Below are positions 19,568 through 29,700 of a stretch of DNA of 64,000 nt, piece by piece. The notes beneath the pieces were generated by a model that did no database searches, was not told where the DNA came from, and worked only from the letters and a program-made list of their open reading frames with translations. This DNA comes from an uncultured virus (IMG/VR IMGVR_UViG_3300025759_009745). Taxonomy: Duplodnaviria; Heunggongvirae; Uroviricota; Caudoviricetes. Numbering within the stretch: position 1 is the stretch's first letter; every line of letters begins with the position of its first letter. Location of the stretch: the IMG/VR virus record IMGVR_UViG_3300025759_009745. One strand, written 5' to 3'. The position numbers and the translations under genes are program-made.

Positions 19568-20355
19568 TGGTTAAGAATATTAATAAGACCATGATTAATG
19601 AGAAAGAGATAATTCAATTATACATGGAACTAAATAAAAGCACCTATGAGATAGCAGAACAGTTCAGCACATACCCAAACAAGATTAGAAGAATACTTAA
19701 AAAACATGGTGTGTCTTTGAAGACTAAAAGCGAAGCGCAAAAACTAGCTTTAAAAAATGGAAGGTGCGAACATCCCACACAGGGAAAAGAAAGATCAACA
19801 GAAGATAAGATTAAAATAAGTTCTGGACTAGAAAAGCATTGGGAGTCACTCTCTGAGAGAGAACGAGAAAGAAGATCAAACCAAGCTAAAGCAAGATGGA
19901 AGTTAATGACTGCGACACAAAAAGCAAAAATGAGCAAATTGGCAACCGATGCTATAAGAAAAGCTGGTAAAGAGGGTTCAAAACTAGAGAAGTTTGTAGC
20001 AGAAAAAATTATCAAAAGTGGTTATACAGTTGAGCAACACAAATTATTATTTCCAGCAGAAAAACTAGAAATAGACCTTTACATTCCAGAATTAAAGACT
20101 ATCATAGAAATAGACGGACCATCCCATTTCTTGCCGATCTGGGGAGAAGACAAACTACAGAAACAAATAAAAGCAGATGTTATCAAAAACGGCTTGATTT
20201 TAAGTCGTGGATACGCTATAATAAGGGTGATGACAACAAGCACTCCAAGCCTAGCAGCAAAAGAGGGATTAGTCGATGTAATAATGAATAATTTAAATAG
20301 CATAAAGAAGAAGTTTCCACCTAAAACAGAAAGGTTTATTGAGGTTCAAGTATGA
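19567..20355 (+). CDS. HTH + DUF559/Vsr-like endonuclease (homing-endonuclease-like)
   Basis: N-terminal HTH (STYEIAEQFSTYPNKIRRIL), NUMOD3-like RSTEDKIKIS, C-terminal SKLE...EIDLYI...IIEIDGPSH...D..K....GY.IIRV. Confidence 0.75.
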   Translation: MVKNINKTMINEKEIIQLYMELNKSTYEIAEQFSTYPNKIRRILKKHGVSLKTKSEAQKLALKNGRCEHPTQGKERSTEDKIKISSGLEKHWESLSERERERRSNQAKARWKLMTATQKAKMSKLATDAIRKAGKEGSKLEKFVAEKIIKSGYTVEQHKLLFPAEKLEIDLYIPELKTIIEIDGPSHFLPIWGEDKLQKQIKADVIKNGLILSRGYAIIRVMTTSTPSLAAKEGLVDVIMNNLNSIKKKFPPKTERFIEVQV

Positions 20356-21116
20356 ATAGTCAAGATTTATTTGAAGATGTAGAATTGCAAACGCCGTCTA
20401 ATACAGATACTTCAACAGTTGATGAAGTTAGTGTAAGTATTAATCCAACAGACCCCGGATGGAACGATTATGTGCTTAGTCTTTTTGATGAAAAGACAGA
20501 GATGTATGACGGTCGCCCACTTTGTCATGGTCTGAGAAGGGTGGCAGAGTTATTGCTTGGAGAAATTGTATCCAGCAGACCAACTCAGATTTTCCCTCCT
20601 AAAGAGGATAATAGTATAGGTAGGGCAACCGTTGTTTGGGAAGTAGCTTTCTCTAACGGTCAAACATTTAGTGATGTTGCAGACTGCTGGGAAGGCAACA
20701 CAGACGACACATTTTGCGTCTTTAATACGGCGACCGCTGCAACTAGAGCAGAAGGTCGCGCACTCCGCAAAGCTCTTAGATTAAGAGTGGTGTCCGCAGA
20801 GGAACTAACCAAGAAGAATACCGCAGAGATTGTAAAGAGTATTAGTCAAACTAGCGGGATGGGAAATGCTCAGTCAGAATACCAATCAACAGGTAGAATG
20901 ACAGAGAATCAAGAAAGATTTATTGACGCTAAGTCTAAGCAGTTAAATGTTAATCCAGCATTATTATTTAAGGAGGTGTTTAATTTATCTGTAAGTCGTA
21001 AAATTGACAAGAAACAAGCGAGTGACGCTATTGAAAAACTAAATGAGTATCAACAGAATAAGGGTAATATACCCAGTAGTGTACTAGGTTACGATCAGAA
21101 TTGGAGAAATGCATGA
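20352..21116 (+). CDS. Putative single-strand annealing/recombination protein (Rad52/Sak/ERF-like)
   Basis: GLRRVAE, ATVVWEV, ATAATRAEGRALRKAL...SAEE; C-terminal MTENQERFI...QASDAIEKL helical domain. Confidence 0.45.
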   Translation: MNSQDLFEDVELQTPSNTDTSTVDEVSVSINPTDPGWNDYVLSLFDEKTEMYDGRPLCHGLRRVAELLLGEIVSSRPTQIFPPKEDNSIGRATVVWEVAFSNGQTFSDVADCWEGNTDDTFCVFNTATAATRAEGRALRKALRLRVVSAEELTKKNTAEIVKSISQTSGMGNAQSEYQSTGRMTENQERFIDAKSKQLNVNPALLFKEVFNLSVSRKIDKKQASDAIEKLNEYQQNKGNIPSSVLGYDQNWRNA

Positions 21117-21448
21117 AAGTAGTTTATCAAACAAGAAACGGAAGATTGAACGTAGAACTTTCTGGCGATGACCAGAAATCAATCTTCTCAGAAATTGCCA
21201 AGTTTCAGGAGGTTTTTGAAGAAACCGTATGTGGAAAATGCGGTAGTGATAATGTTAAATTTGTAGTCAGGACAGTTGATGAGAATGACTACTATGAGCT
21301 ACGGTGTGCAGACTGTGGCGCTCGCCTTTCATTTGGTGTTAACAAGAAAGGTGGAACATTATTTCCAAAGAGGAAGGATGGAGACGGAAACTGGCTACCC
21401 GACCGTGGGTGGGTCAAGTGGAACGCAAAGACTGGACAAAATGAATAA
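21101..21448 (+). CDS. Zinc-ribbon protein
   Basis: CGKCGS...YELRCADCGARL; true start may be 21113 (MKVVY). Confidence 0.6.
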   Translation: MEKCMKVVYQTRNGRLNVELSGDDQKSIFSEIAKFQEVFEETVCGKCGSDNVKFVVRTVDENDYYELRCADCGARLSFGVNKKGGTLFPKRKDGDGNWLPDRGWVKWNAKTGQNE

Positions 21449-21472
21449 AGGGGCAGCACACCGCTACCCCTT
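21448..21472 (-). terminator. Hairpin, probable terminator for the - strand structural operon
   Basis: - strand AAGGGGUAGC-GGUGU-GCUGCCCCUU then AUUCAUUUU; fully paired only on this strand (U-G wobble). Confidence 0.55.
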
Positions 21473-21476
21473 GGTT

Positions 21477-21508
21477 AAGAGTCGTCGAAAGGCGGCTCTT
21501 TTTTATTT
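21477..21508 (+). terminator. Rho-independent terminator for the + strand operon
   Basis: AAGAGUCGUC-GAAA-GGCGGCUCUU followed by UUUUAUUU. Confidence 0.85.
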
Positions 21509-21509
21509 A

Positions 21510-22247
21510 CTACAGGTATTCTAGCGTAATATACAACCCGTACTCTGTTTTACTGCCAATGCTATCTGGCGATGCGCTCAGGGCAATAAACCAGTCATGC
21601 CTAGTTGAGCTATGATTTGTTCCATCTTCTGTTAGAAAATTCTGACCTGTCAAGTAACTTGCGGTCAAAGTGCTTTCAGTACTTGTGTTTAACCCAGACA
21701 TGCCAGGAGAAGGAGTTAAAGGCAATTCTCTGTCACTTCCATCTGTAGGTTGGAAACTGTACCAGTCTGTAACGCCAGTGCCTCTTAGAGATAGTGTACC
21801 AATATTAGTACCATCATTACCTTCCGTGGGGTGTGGGTGTCTGCATTCCCAAACCTCGGTAGTAACGCCCGTCGCAGGATTTGCAGGATCTACTCTGTCA
21901 AAAATCTTTAATTTACAGTTTTGAACCTTGACGGGATCGTCATTTGAAAATCTAACATTTAGAGGTGCGTAATAATTAGGCATTGTAATCAAATCAATAC
22001 CAGCAGCACCATTGTGAGCAACTTGAGAGGCTGTAGAATATTTAGTATTATTTACCTTTACTCCAGATGTTGTTCCGTTTGAATTAGTTACATAGGTAGT
22101 ATTTTGGTATTCACCTACCGGCACTGATAAACCAAATAAATCACCAAAAAAACCAAGACCAGAACTTGCCGTGTGGTCTATGAGCGTACCATCACCACTA
22201 ACCGCCTGATTGGGAATATTGGCGTGAAATGTTATTGAAGCTGCCAT
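21510..22247 (-). CDS. Putative virion structural protein
   Basis: 245 aa, T/G/N-rich, strong RBS (AGGAG), preceded by the GTGTATAATA motif. Confidence 0.55.
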   Translation of the reverse strand: MAASITFHANIPNQAVSGDGTLIDHTASSGLGFFGDLFGLSVPVGEYQNTTYVTNSNGTTSGVKVNNTKYSTASQVAHNGAAGIDLITMPNYYAPLNVRFSNDDPVKVQNCKLKIFDRVDPANPATGVTTEVWECRHPHPTEGNDGTNIGTLSLRGTGVTDWYSFQPTDGSDRELPLTPSPGMSGLNTSTESTLTASYLTGQNFLTEDGTNHSSTRHDWFIALSASPDSIGSKTEYGLYITLEYL

Positions 22248-22278
22248 TATTTTTATCTCCTATTAAGAAAATTCATTA

Positions 22279-22288
22279 TATTATACAC
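22279..22288 (-). promoter_or_regulatory. Putative late promoter GTGTATAATA
   Basis: Intergenic, ~32 nt upstream of ATG 22247; the same 10-mer occurs at 36155, 56821 and 59994. Confidence 0.6.
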
Positions 22289-22303
22289 GAAAAAGATTAT
22301 TTA

Positions 22304-25300
22304 TTATCTAAATGCAAAACCACCACCACCGCCATTACCAAGGGTATCCCCTTGGTTTCCATTGTCATCCCAGAACGCACCACCAATACCAGCGCCAATA
22401 TTTGCACCAATAGAGAATCCATCTCCGTCAAATCCCGCACCAAGACCGCCACCATCAGCAAAGTCTGGAGAACCTGCTGTTCCACCAGCATTACCATCAT
22501 CGTTTGTAACAAAGCTGATTCTAACCATCTGATCCACGGCGGCTGGAGGGACATTACCACCATCATCTATTCTTGTATGACTAATATCATTATGATAATG
22601 CAAAAACACATCATATTTATTATCTAGGGCGAAATTAACTATCTCTAGATTAAGATTATTAGTACCCTGCTGTTGTGGTGTCAAATTATCACTATTACAC
22701 CTGGGAATATTTGGGGTTACTTTAATTTCTCTAGAGCCAAGGGCTAATTGTGGCTTAAAATCAGTTAAAATTGCGCTTTTTATCACCTCTCCAGAAAGTA
22801 ACCAAGCGGTTAAACCAGTACCCTCTACCGGCGGATCTGCGTCAGGATAGGGAATTATCTGCTCATTTCCAGTTGGTGCTTCACCCCCATCGACCCATTC
22901 AATAACTCTGTCTGAAGGAAGAAAATCCTCAACCAGAAACGCCGACCCAGGTGTTTTAACTGTAAAGTTAGTGATTGCCCCCCCTTCTTGGTCCACCACA
23001 GCCTCCAGTAGAAACCCCCTTCTTCCACCTCTGATTGAAAATAGATCGCCGTTATTATATCCACTACCACCATTTGTTATCATGATCTTTTCTGGTATAT
23101 CTTTTACTGCAACTGCATTTTGATTCTCTGAAATCGTCGTTGCAATAAGTGCTTCTCCCGTTGGGGCTACCGCCAAAGTACTATAATTAAATGAGTAAGG
23201 AAGTAACTTACCCCTTCTTTGTGTGTTGAGCAACCATTCTGTTTTATTTACTCTAATGTCGCCTTTATCACCATCCTTGTCGGTAACGCCGTCGCCGTAC
23301 ACTTTTACGCCAGTCTCTATTGGTAAGCCAGTGTATTTATCACCAAACTCGCCAGTTTGAGTAGTTGGTACACGCAGATCCACCTCAGACCCTCTTTTAG
23401 CAACTCGATACCAGCCGTCATTGTAGCGATATGGAACGCCATCATTAAAACTACCATTTATAGGGTCGTTTTGGTAAAAATCACCACCCTCCCCTGTACC
23501 AGCAGCTATTTCCTCATTAGTATAAACAGTTCCACCACTGGCCCACTCAAATGCTACAGCTTCTCTTTCAATATGAACACCAGAATTAAAGTGATGAACA
23601 ACAAAGAACCTTGGATCGTAAACCGTGAGTTCGCGTGGGTGATGAGTATAAATTCTTGCATACATATTGCTGGTTGCTAAATCTTTGTAATCACCATTTC
23701 TTAAAGAACAACCAAATTGATTGCCCTCAATAAGAGAAAAGAACTCTAAATAGCCATCTACACCAAGAGCATTTTCTGTATTTATATTTATAATTGACCT
23801 AGTAGAAAGAGTAACAACAGCACCAATAACACTTGTTGCTCCAGCACCTCCAGTTCCGTCATTGGGATTATGCCAAAGCTCGTTCCACCACCGCAAAGGA
23901 TTACTTTCAGTATAGTCAAAATCACCGCCACCGTCTTTTGGTATTCCATTATTCTCATAGTCAACAATGTCTACATTATATTTTAAACCATTGTGATTTA
24001 TTTTTTCTGTATCTGAGACTTCACCTTGAGTGCTAATTAAGCTATTCTCACTGAGTAGGTCGCCGTCTATAACAGGCCAGTTTCTTTGAAGTGCCTCGTT
24101 AGATATAGCTTCTGCTGGTCCTCCTAAATTATCGCCTCCGACTGGATCTTTATTATTACCCTTCCCAAACCCTACTGCCTGATATAATCTATAAGCGTAC
24201 TCACCACGTTCGGCTGGTAATAGGGCATATCCTAAATCCTCATCGTCGTATTTAGGAATTGGACTCCTTTCATCATCCCAAGAGCTTCCAAATTGATCGT
24301 CTCTAATCTCAGAAAGCTCCCACTGAGAATACAACTCCTGAGTCATTGGTCTAAATTCTATTTTTAAGAAATTATTAGGCTGAATATCAAAGACATTATC
24401 ATGAGGGGTGTATTTTTCAGATTCTCCAGAGGTAGAATAATAACTAGTTTTAGTATCATCATAAACACCACCAGATTCCATCGGTGTAGTCATCTCCCTC
24501 TTAGACACCCAACTATATCTTGCCGGTCGCCCGTCTTCCCTATTTTCAAAATATTTTAAAGTGTTTTCTCTAAATTTTGTCGCGTAATCGTTTCTACCTT
24601 GTTCCAATAATTGTTGCCAATATTGTATGTTAGAAATCGGCCAGCCCCACTTACCTCGCGGACTACAGTTGGTAGCGATGTCTGCCGGGAGATTCCAAAA
24701 ATTACCTTCTTCGGCATTAAACATACCGTCTTTTCTTTCGCCATTCAGGAGACTAAAATTACCCCTAACTCTTTCTATGTCTGAAAATGGAGAAGGAGGA
24801 TTTTCTGGTGGGGTACTTTCACCTTGTTTTCCCACCGTGTGAAAAAATTTATAGAAAGTCTCAACATTTGTGCCTACTCCTGAGTCATTTGGATAAAAGT
24901 TATTAGCATATAAACTAAAATCTCTATCCTTATCTTCTACTTCAGAAAATGTTTTAGAACCATTATAGCCATCAGCAAACACGCACCCGAAAAACGGGTA
25001 AGTATTGAGTTTCCCATCATATCCATCATTGTCAAATGGTTGATTGTTTGCGGCAACACCAAACCTTGTAGCAGACAGAGAATTTGCCCAGCCTTCTTTT
25101 GTGCCACCAAAGTGACGGCCCATATAATCCCAAGAGGTTATTTGCATATAACCATTTGTGGTTTCTATGTATTGGTCAAAAGTCTTTCCTTCAACCGGAA
25201 AAGCGGAGGAATATCTATTTTTATTACCTTTGCTTGGGTCTGATACCTCTATAATGGGGGTTGCATTATCGGCGGGTTCTTCATCGTCATAATAAAAACA

Positions 25301-26782
25301 CTCATAATAAGCCTTCTCATATGTTAGTGGATCAATAGTAGCTTCTCTGTCTTTAGTCTTAAAATAGTGCATACCATTCGTGACCAAATACATAAATTCC
25401 CAATTTGGGTCTGCCGGTTCAATGGGAACTATTGACGGCTCACCCTCACCCGGAGACAGGGGCATCCAAACACCTTGAATCTTTTGTAAAATAACAGCAT
25501 CGCCAGAACCAAAAGCTCTATTAAATGGGTTGTATACCGTCAATAATGCTTTTTGATTCTTGATTGTCTCGTCAGTTTCTTTGGCTCTTTGCTCTTTTGT
25601 TAGTAAGAAATTTGGCATCCACTGTTTTGGATTTTTATTTTTCATCATGACAGGCAGGGCTATGCCAGTTTTTATGCCAAACCCCGTAGTAGGATCTAGT
25701 AAGTCATTCTCATCAGAAAGAATAAAATCATCTGGGTATTCGGCAGATTCTATATCAGTCTGTAGTATCGCGAATATTTGCTGTGTACCAGATTCCCACT
25801 TACCCTCTAATTCACTGTAAGACATTCTTATTGGGGCGGCAACAGCGTTAGAAGGTTTTGGATTATTTGTTGAATACTCAACAGTTGCTCCAGCCTCATC
25901 TTCTCTTACATAAGATTGCCCAACTGGATTCTGTCTCATCTGAGCAATAATAGGATTTTGAATAGAAATAACCCTTTCAGTATTTTTTCTATTACTATTG
26001 CCGTATAGGTGTAGTTTATAAGAAATCTCAGCCTCTTTTATACAAGAGTCAGAAATCTCATTACCATTTATACCTCTATAACTTTTAACTGGTAATTGTA
26101 AAACAAATTCTATTGTGTCTGACCAATTCAAAGCCCCGTCTTTACTGGCCCTTATGTCTGTAATAAACTCATATCTAGCTCTTTCTTTTTTATCAAATGT
26201 GCTGACATCCTTTTTTAGCTCAAGAAAATTTACCCAATTATTCATTTGAATAATATTTTCTAGTTCTTTAAATTCTATCGGGTATGGATTATCTTCCAGA
26301 GTTACCAAGTCTCCATTAAAAACTTTACCATCAAAAAAATTAATATCTAAATCGTTATAACTGTATGAGTTGTCCCCTACTTGAAGATTCCAATCTTTAA
26401 TGTTTGTTTCTGCGTAAGACCCATTTCTACCGGAGTTTCTCCAAACCGTAAAGGACAACTCTTTAGTCTGCCCTTGCCCTAAAATAGTATCAACGGGGTT
26501 TTTGTTACCAAACTTGATGATATTTTTATTGTGAACATAAAGCTTAGTATTTGGATATCTAGAATAAATGTAGTTTGGTAATAAGCCTTCTACTTCATTA
26601 AGAGTTAGTCTTTTATCTTCTACATTTGTTTCAAAAACCCAGTCATAATATTCAGAAAGAGAAAAGTTACCAATACCCATATCCGAAAAGAACGGATGAT
26701 CTACAATTATTGTATGCTGATCGTTCCATTTAGGGTCAAACGATGAACCCTTAACTTGATGATTAATGTTGTAATTTCTCAT
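22304..26782 (-). CDS. Large tail-tip/virion protein (1492 aa)
   Basis: Tail module downstream of tape measure; acidic, G/N/D-rich; ITNGGSGY motif; Gly-rich C-terminus. Confidence 0.55.
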   Translation of the reverse strand: MRNYNINHQVKGSSFDPKWNDQHTIIVDHPFFSDMGIGNFSLSEYYDWVFETNVEDKRLTLNEVEGLLPNYIYSRYPNTKLYVHNKNIIKFGNKNPVDTILGQGQTKELSFTVWRNSGRNGSYAETNIKDWNLQVGDNSYSYNDLDINFFDGKVFNGDLVTLEDNPYPIEFKELENIIQMNNWVNFLELKKDVSTFDKKERARYEFITDIRASKDGALNWSDTIEFVLQLPVKSYRGINGNEISDSCIKEAEISYKLHLYGNSNRKNTERVISIQNPIIAQMRQNPVGQSYVREDEAGATVEYSTNNPKPSNAVAAPIRMSYSELEGKWESGTQQIFAILQTDIESAEYPDDFILSDENDLLDPTTGFGIKTGIALPVMMKNKNPKQWMPNFLLTKEQRAKETDETIKNQKALLTVYNPFNRAFGSGDAVILQKIQGVWMPLSPGEGEPSIVPIEPADPNWEFMYLVTNGMHYFKTKDREATIDPLTYEKAYYECFYYDDEEPADNATPIIEVSDPSKGNKNRYSSAFPVEGKTFDQYIETTNGYMQITSWDYMGRHFGGTKEGWANSLSATRFGVAANNQPFDNDGYDGKLNTYPFFGCVFADGYNGSKTFSEVEDKDRDFSLYANNFYPNDSGVGTNVETFYKFFHTVGKQGESTPPENPPSPFSDIERVRGNFSLLNGERKDGMFNAEEGNFWNLPADIATNCSPRGKWGWPISNIQYWQQLLEQGRNDYATKFRENTLKYFENREDGRPARYSWVSKREMTTPMESGGVYDDTKTSYYSTSGESEKYTPHDNVFDIQPNNFLKIEFRPMTQELYSQWELSEIRDDQFGSSWDDERSPIPKYDDEDLGYALLPAERGEYAYRLYQAVGFGKGNNKDPVGGDNLGGPAEAISNEALQRNWPVIDGDLLSENSLISTQGEVSDTEKINHNGLKYNVDIVDYENNGIPKDGGGDFDYTESNPLRWWNELWHNPNDGTGGAGATSVIGAVVTLSTRSIININTENALGVDGYLEFFSLIEGNQFGCSLRNGDYKDLATSNMYARIYTHHPRELTVYDPRFFVVHHFNSGVHIEREAVAFEWASGGTVYTNEEIAAGTGEGGDFYQNDPINGSFNDGVPYRYNDGWYRVAKRGSEVDLRVPTTQTGEFGDKYTGLPIETGVKVYGDGVTDKDGDKGDIRVNKTEWLLNTQRRGKLLPYSFNYSTLAVAPTGEALIATTISENQNAVAVKDIPEKIMITNGGSGYNNGDLFSIRGGRRGFLLEAVVDQEGGAITNFTVKTPGSAFLVEDFLPSDRVIEWVDGGEAPTGNEQIIPYPDADPPVEGTGLTAWLLSGEVIKSAILTDFKPQLALGSREIKVTPNIPRCNSDNLTPQQQGTNNLNLEIVNFALDNKYDVFLHYHNDISHTRIDDGGNVPPAAVDQMVRISFVTNDDGNAGGTAGSPDFADGGGLGAGFDGDGFSIGANIGAGIGGAFWDDNGNQGDTLGNGGGGGFAFR

Positions 26783-29700
26783 GAAGAAGTCCTCCTAATT
26801 ATTGAGTCTGCATCAATAAATCCTTTGTGCGGAAAATACTCACTAAACGCCGAATTGTCAGCGCCTTGAAATAAACTATTATACTTGCCACCGGCGTGAG
26901 ATAGCCATCTCTTTCTCTTTTGGGCCTTGTCGTCGTCAATACCGACAGCTTCTTCTAAGTAACCCTTTGCCTGAGTAGAAGAAGTCAAATAGTATTTATC
27001 AATACTTATGTTCTGATCTTCATATGAATATAATGAGGTTTGCTTTTCAACAGAAGCGTATATCCCATCATAAACAGTTTGACCTCTTTCAAGTGAAGTG
27101 TAAAAATCAAATATTTGATTACCCTGCGCTGGGAATGCATCTACATTACCGGCGGCATTTCTAACACCTTGCCTAATAGCTCTGTTTCTATCGTCTATAA
27201 TTCTTTGTCTTTCTCTTGCCATTTGAGCTATGGCTATTTCTTTTTGTTTTTGAAGCTTACCAAATCTAGATGTATATAAGTCTAATTTTACCGTAGTTTT
27301 AACACTGTCGCCAATATCTACAGAAACAGAAGTAACAATTGGACCCTTTTCTTTTAATTCTTTGGAGATTAAAATACCACTTGGTAAATCTGGGAAAACA
27401 AATCCGCCACGTTCAGTAAATAACAATAAGCTGTTAGAAAACTCAGCTTCAAGTTTTCCTGCATCATTCATTAATTGATATCCAGCGTAATTCCAGGGTG
27501 CTAAATTTTCATTTTTAATAAACTCTGATTTACCGCCAACATCTATGTATCTTGGTTTTTTATTATCTGCGTCATCCTTAAAGTAAAATGAAGAATACCA
27601 AGGTCCGTAACATCTTTCATTAGACATTAATGGTAGTGCAACAATATCTGGATAAACAGGCGAAGGAGCGACTGTTTTTATTTGAATTTCTGGGTTGCTT
27701 AAATTAAACGCGCTTTTTGAATCTCTTTGTGCCGTCTGAGCATTGTTAAGTTCGCTAAAAGTAAATTTCTCACAATCTATTGGTATAGATTCATTTTGAA
27801 CAGCGGCTGGCTTGTCAAAGTAGAGAGATCTTAAAGCCTTTTCACTTTCTGACCAACCGCGAACCACATCTTGCGTCATTATACTTTTTATGGTCTTGGG
27901 GTTGATTTGATTGTAGTAAGCATCGACATACCGTTTAGCTTCTGTTGGCTTAATTCTGCCAGGGAGTGTTATCAACGCCCAAACATGCTCAGGATCTAAT
28001 TCTTCTTTCTCTACGACAATTTCCCAGGAATCTTTTTCTTGATTATATCTTCTAAAGAAATCTTGATTATTGACCCTTGTTCCGTCAACACCTCCAGAAG
28101 CAGCAACCCTAAATAAAGGAGTTGTGACACTCTTACCACAAACAACTTCGTTTTCACCTTCATCGTTTACAAACTGTAAAACTTCTGGTTTACTGTAAGA
28201 AGGTTGCCACACCACATTTCTTCCAAATACAAAAGTTTCAGGAGCTTGACATCCCGTTTGAGAAGGCAACAAAAGGCTATCTTGACCCATCAATATTTTA
28301 GGTGCCATGTAAAAATTTTCATCAACTTGACATCTCACAAAAGCAACGGCATTAGGTCTTTTATATTCTCCCGTAAGCAGTTCTCTACCTCTACTCTGCT
28401 CAAACGAATCGGGCTGATTTGGATTTACATTTTCAAGGTCATCCATTATGTCTGGAATTCTACCTTCAGGCGTTATAATTTCTTGATACACATTTCCAGC
28501 GCCAACCTGTGTAAAGTCTAGGAATTGACTATTATCAAATCTAACATAAGAAGAAACCCTACCATTTTCATTGATGAAGTTAGTCAAATCCCTTGGAGCA
28601 AATTGTTGTAACACGACGGGTGGGATGGCATTCTTATTTGGGTTTAAGAATGAAAACTCTTGATTGTTGATTATGTTAAATATATTACCTGCACTTAGGT
28701 TTCTAGGAAATAAACCAAAATCAAAAAATCCACCTTGCGAATCTGGTTTATAATTAAATTCCCACTTGTCAGAAACTGGATTCCAGTGATTTTTTAAAGC
28801 CCCATTGCTATATTTATAATCATCATTAACTACAGTGACATACAAATTTTCAGGATATTGATTTATTATTTCTTCATCTTCTAGATCTATCGGTGCCAAT
28901 TTAGGCCATTGTGTTTTTTCAAAAGGTTCTATGTATAAGAATCTTTGATACGGTGCTGGTAGCCGAGATGTAGATTGAAATTCGAGCGAAGATCTAGTAG
29001 CAGAATCGGTAGCCCATGAGGATAAGCCAAAAACATTCTGCCCCTCTGACGATACCGGTCTAGCTGGAAAACCAAAAGGAGCATCTTGAAATTGTAATAC
29101 ATCTTCGGTCTTGTCAACAGTCTCAACTACTCCCTGTTCTTCTTCTCGTCTTTCATAAAGTTTTTCAAACTGCCCCTGAATACTGTAGTTGTTATTGCAA
29201 TACTTCGGAATTTTTACTAAAAACTTTTTACCAAGATTTTCTTCTGCAACGCTCTTGATGAAATTATAAACTTTTCTTGCGTTTTTCTCTCCGTTTCTTG
29301 CTAATTTATTTACAGATTTTTGTATGGGCGCACTTCTTTCTAATACATTTTCTAAATACGCTAGCTTTTCTCCAATAACTGTTTTGTCTAAGCCGTCCCA
29401 GTCTGCTTTTATTTGCTTCATTGTTTCTTGCGCGCAGGTATTAGCTTCTCTTACCTCGGCCATGTCTGGTTGATTACTTGCGGGTTGTTGGGAACTTCTA
29501 TTAAAAGATTCAGACGGATCTTTGGTAAGCATAGGTCCTTCAGGACTCAGGGGAGCGTTCTGAGTCTGATTAACTTCTGGTTCTTTTTTGTCTGGGTCTA
29601 CTATAGCCTGGGGGTCTTTCGCTAAAATATCTCTAATATCATCTGCTATATTTCTAATATTATTTATGGCATTTCCAATTCTTATGATACCAACCTGTGG

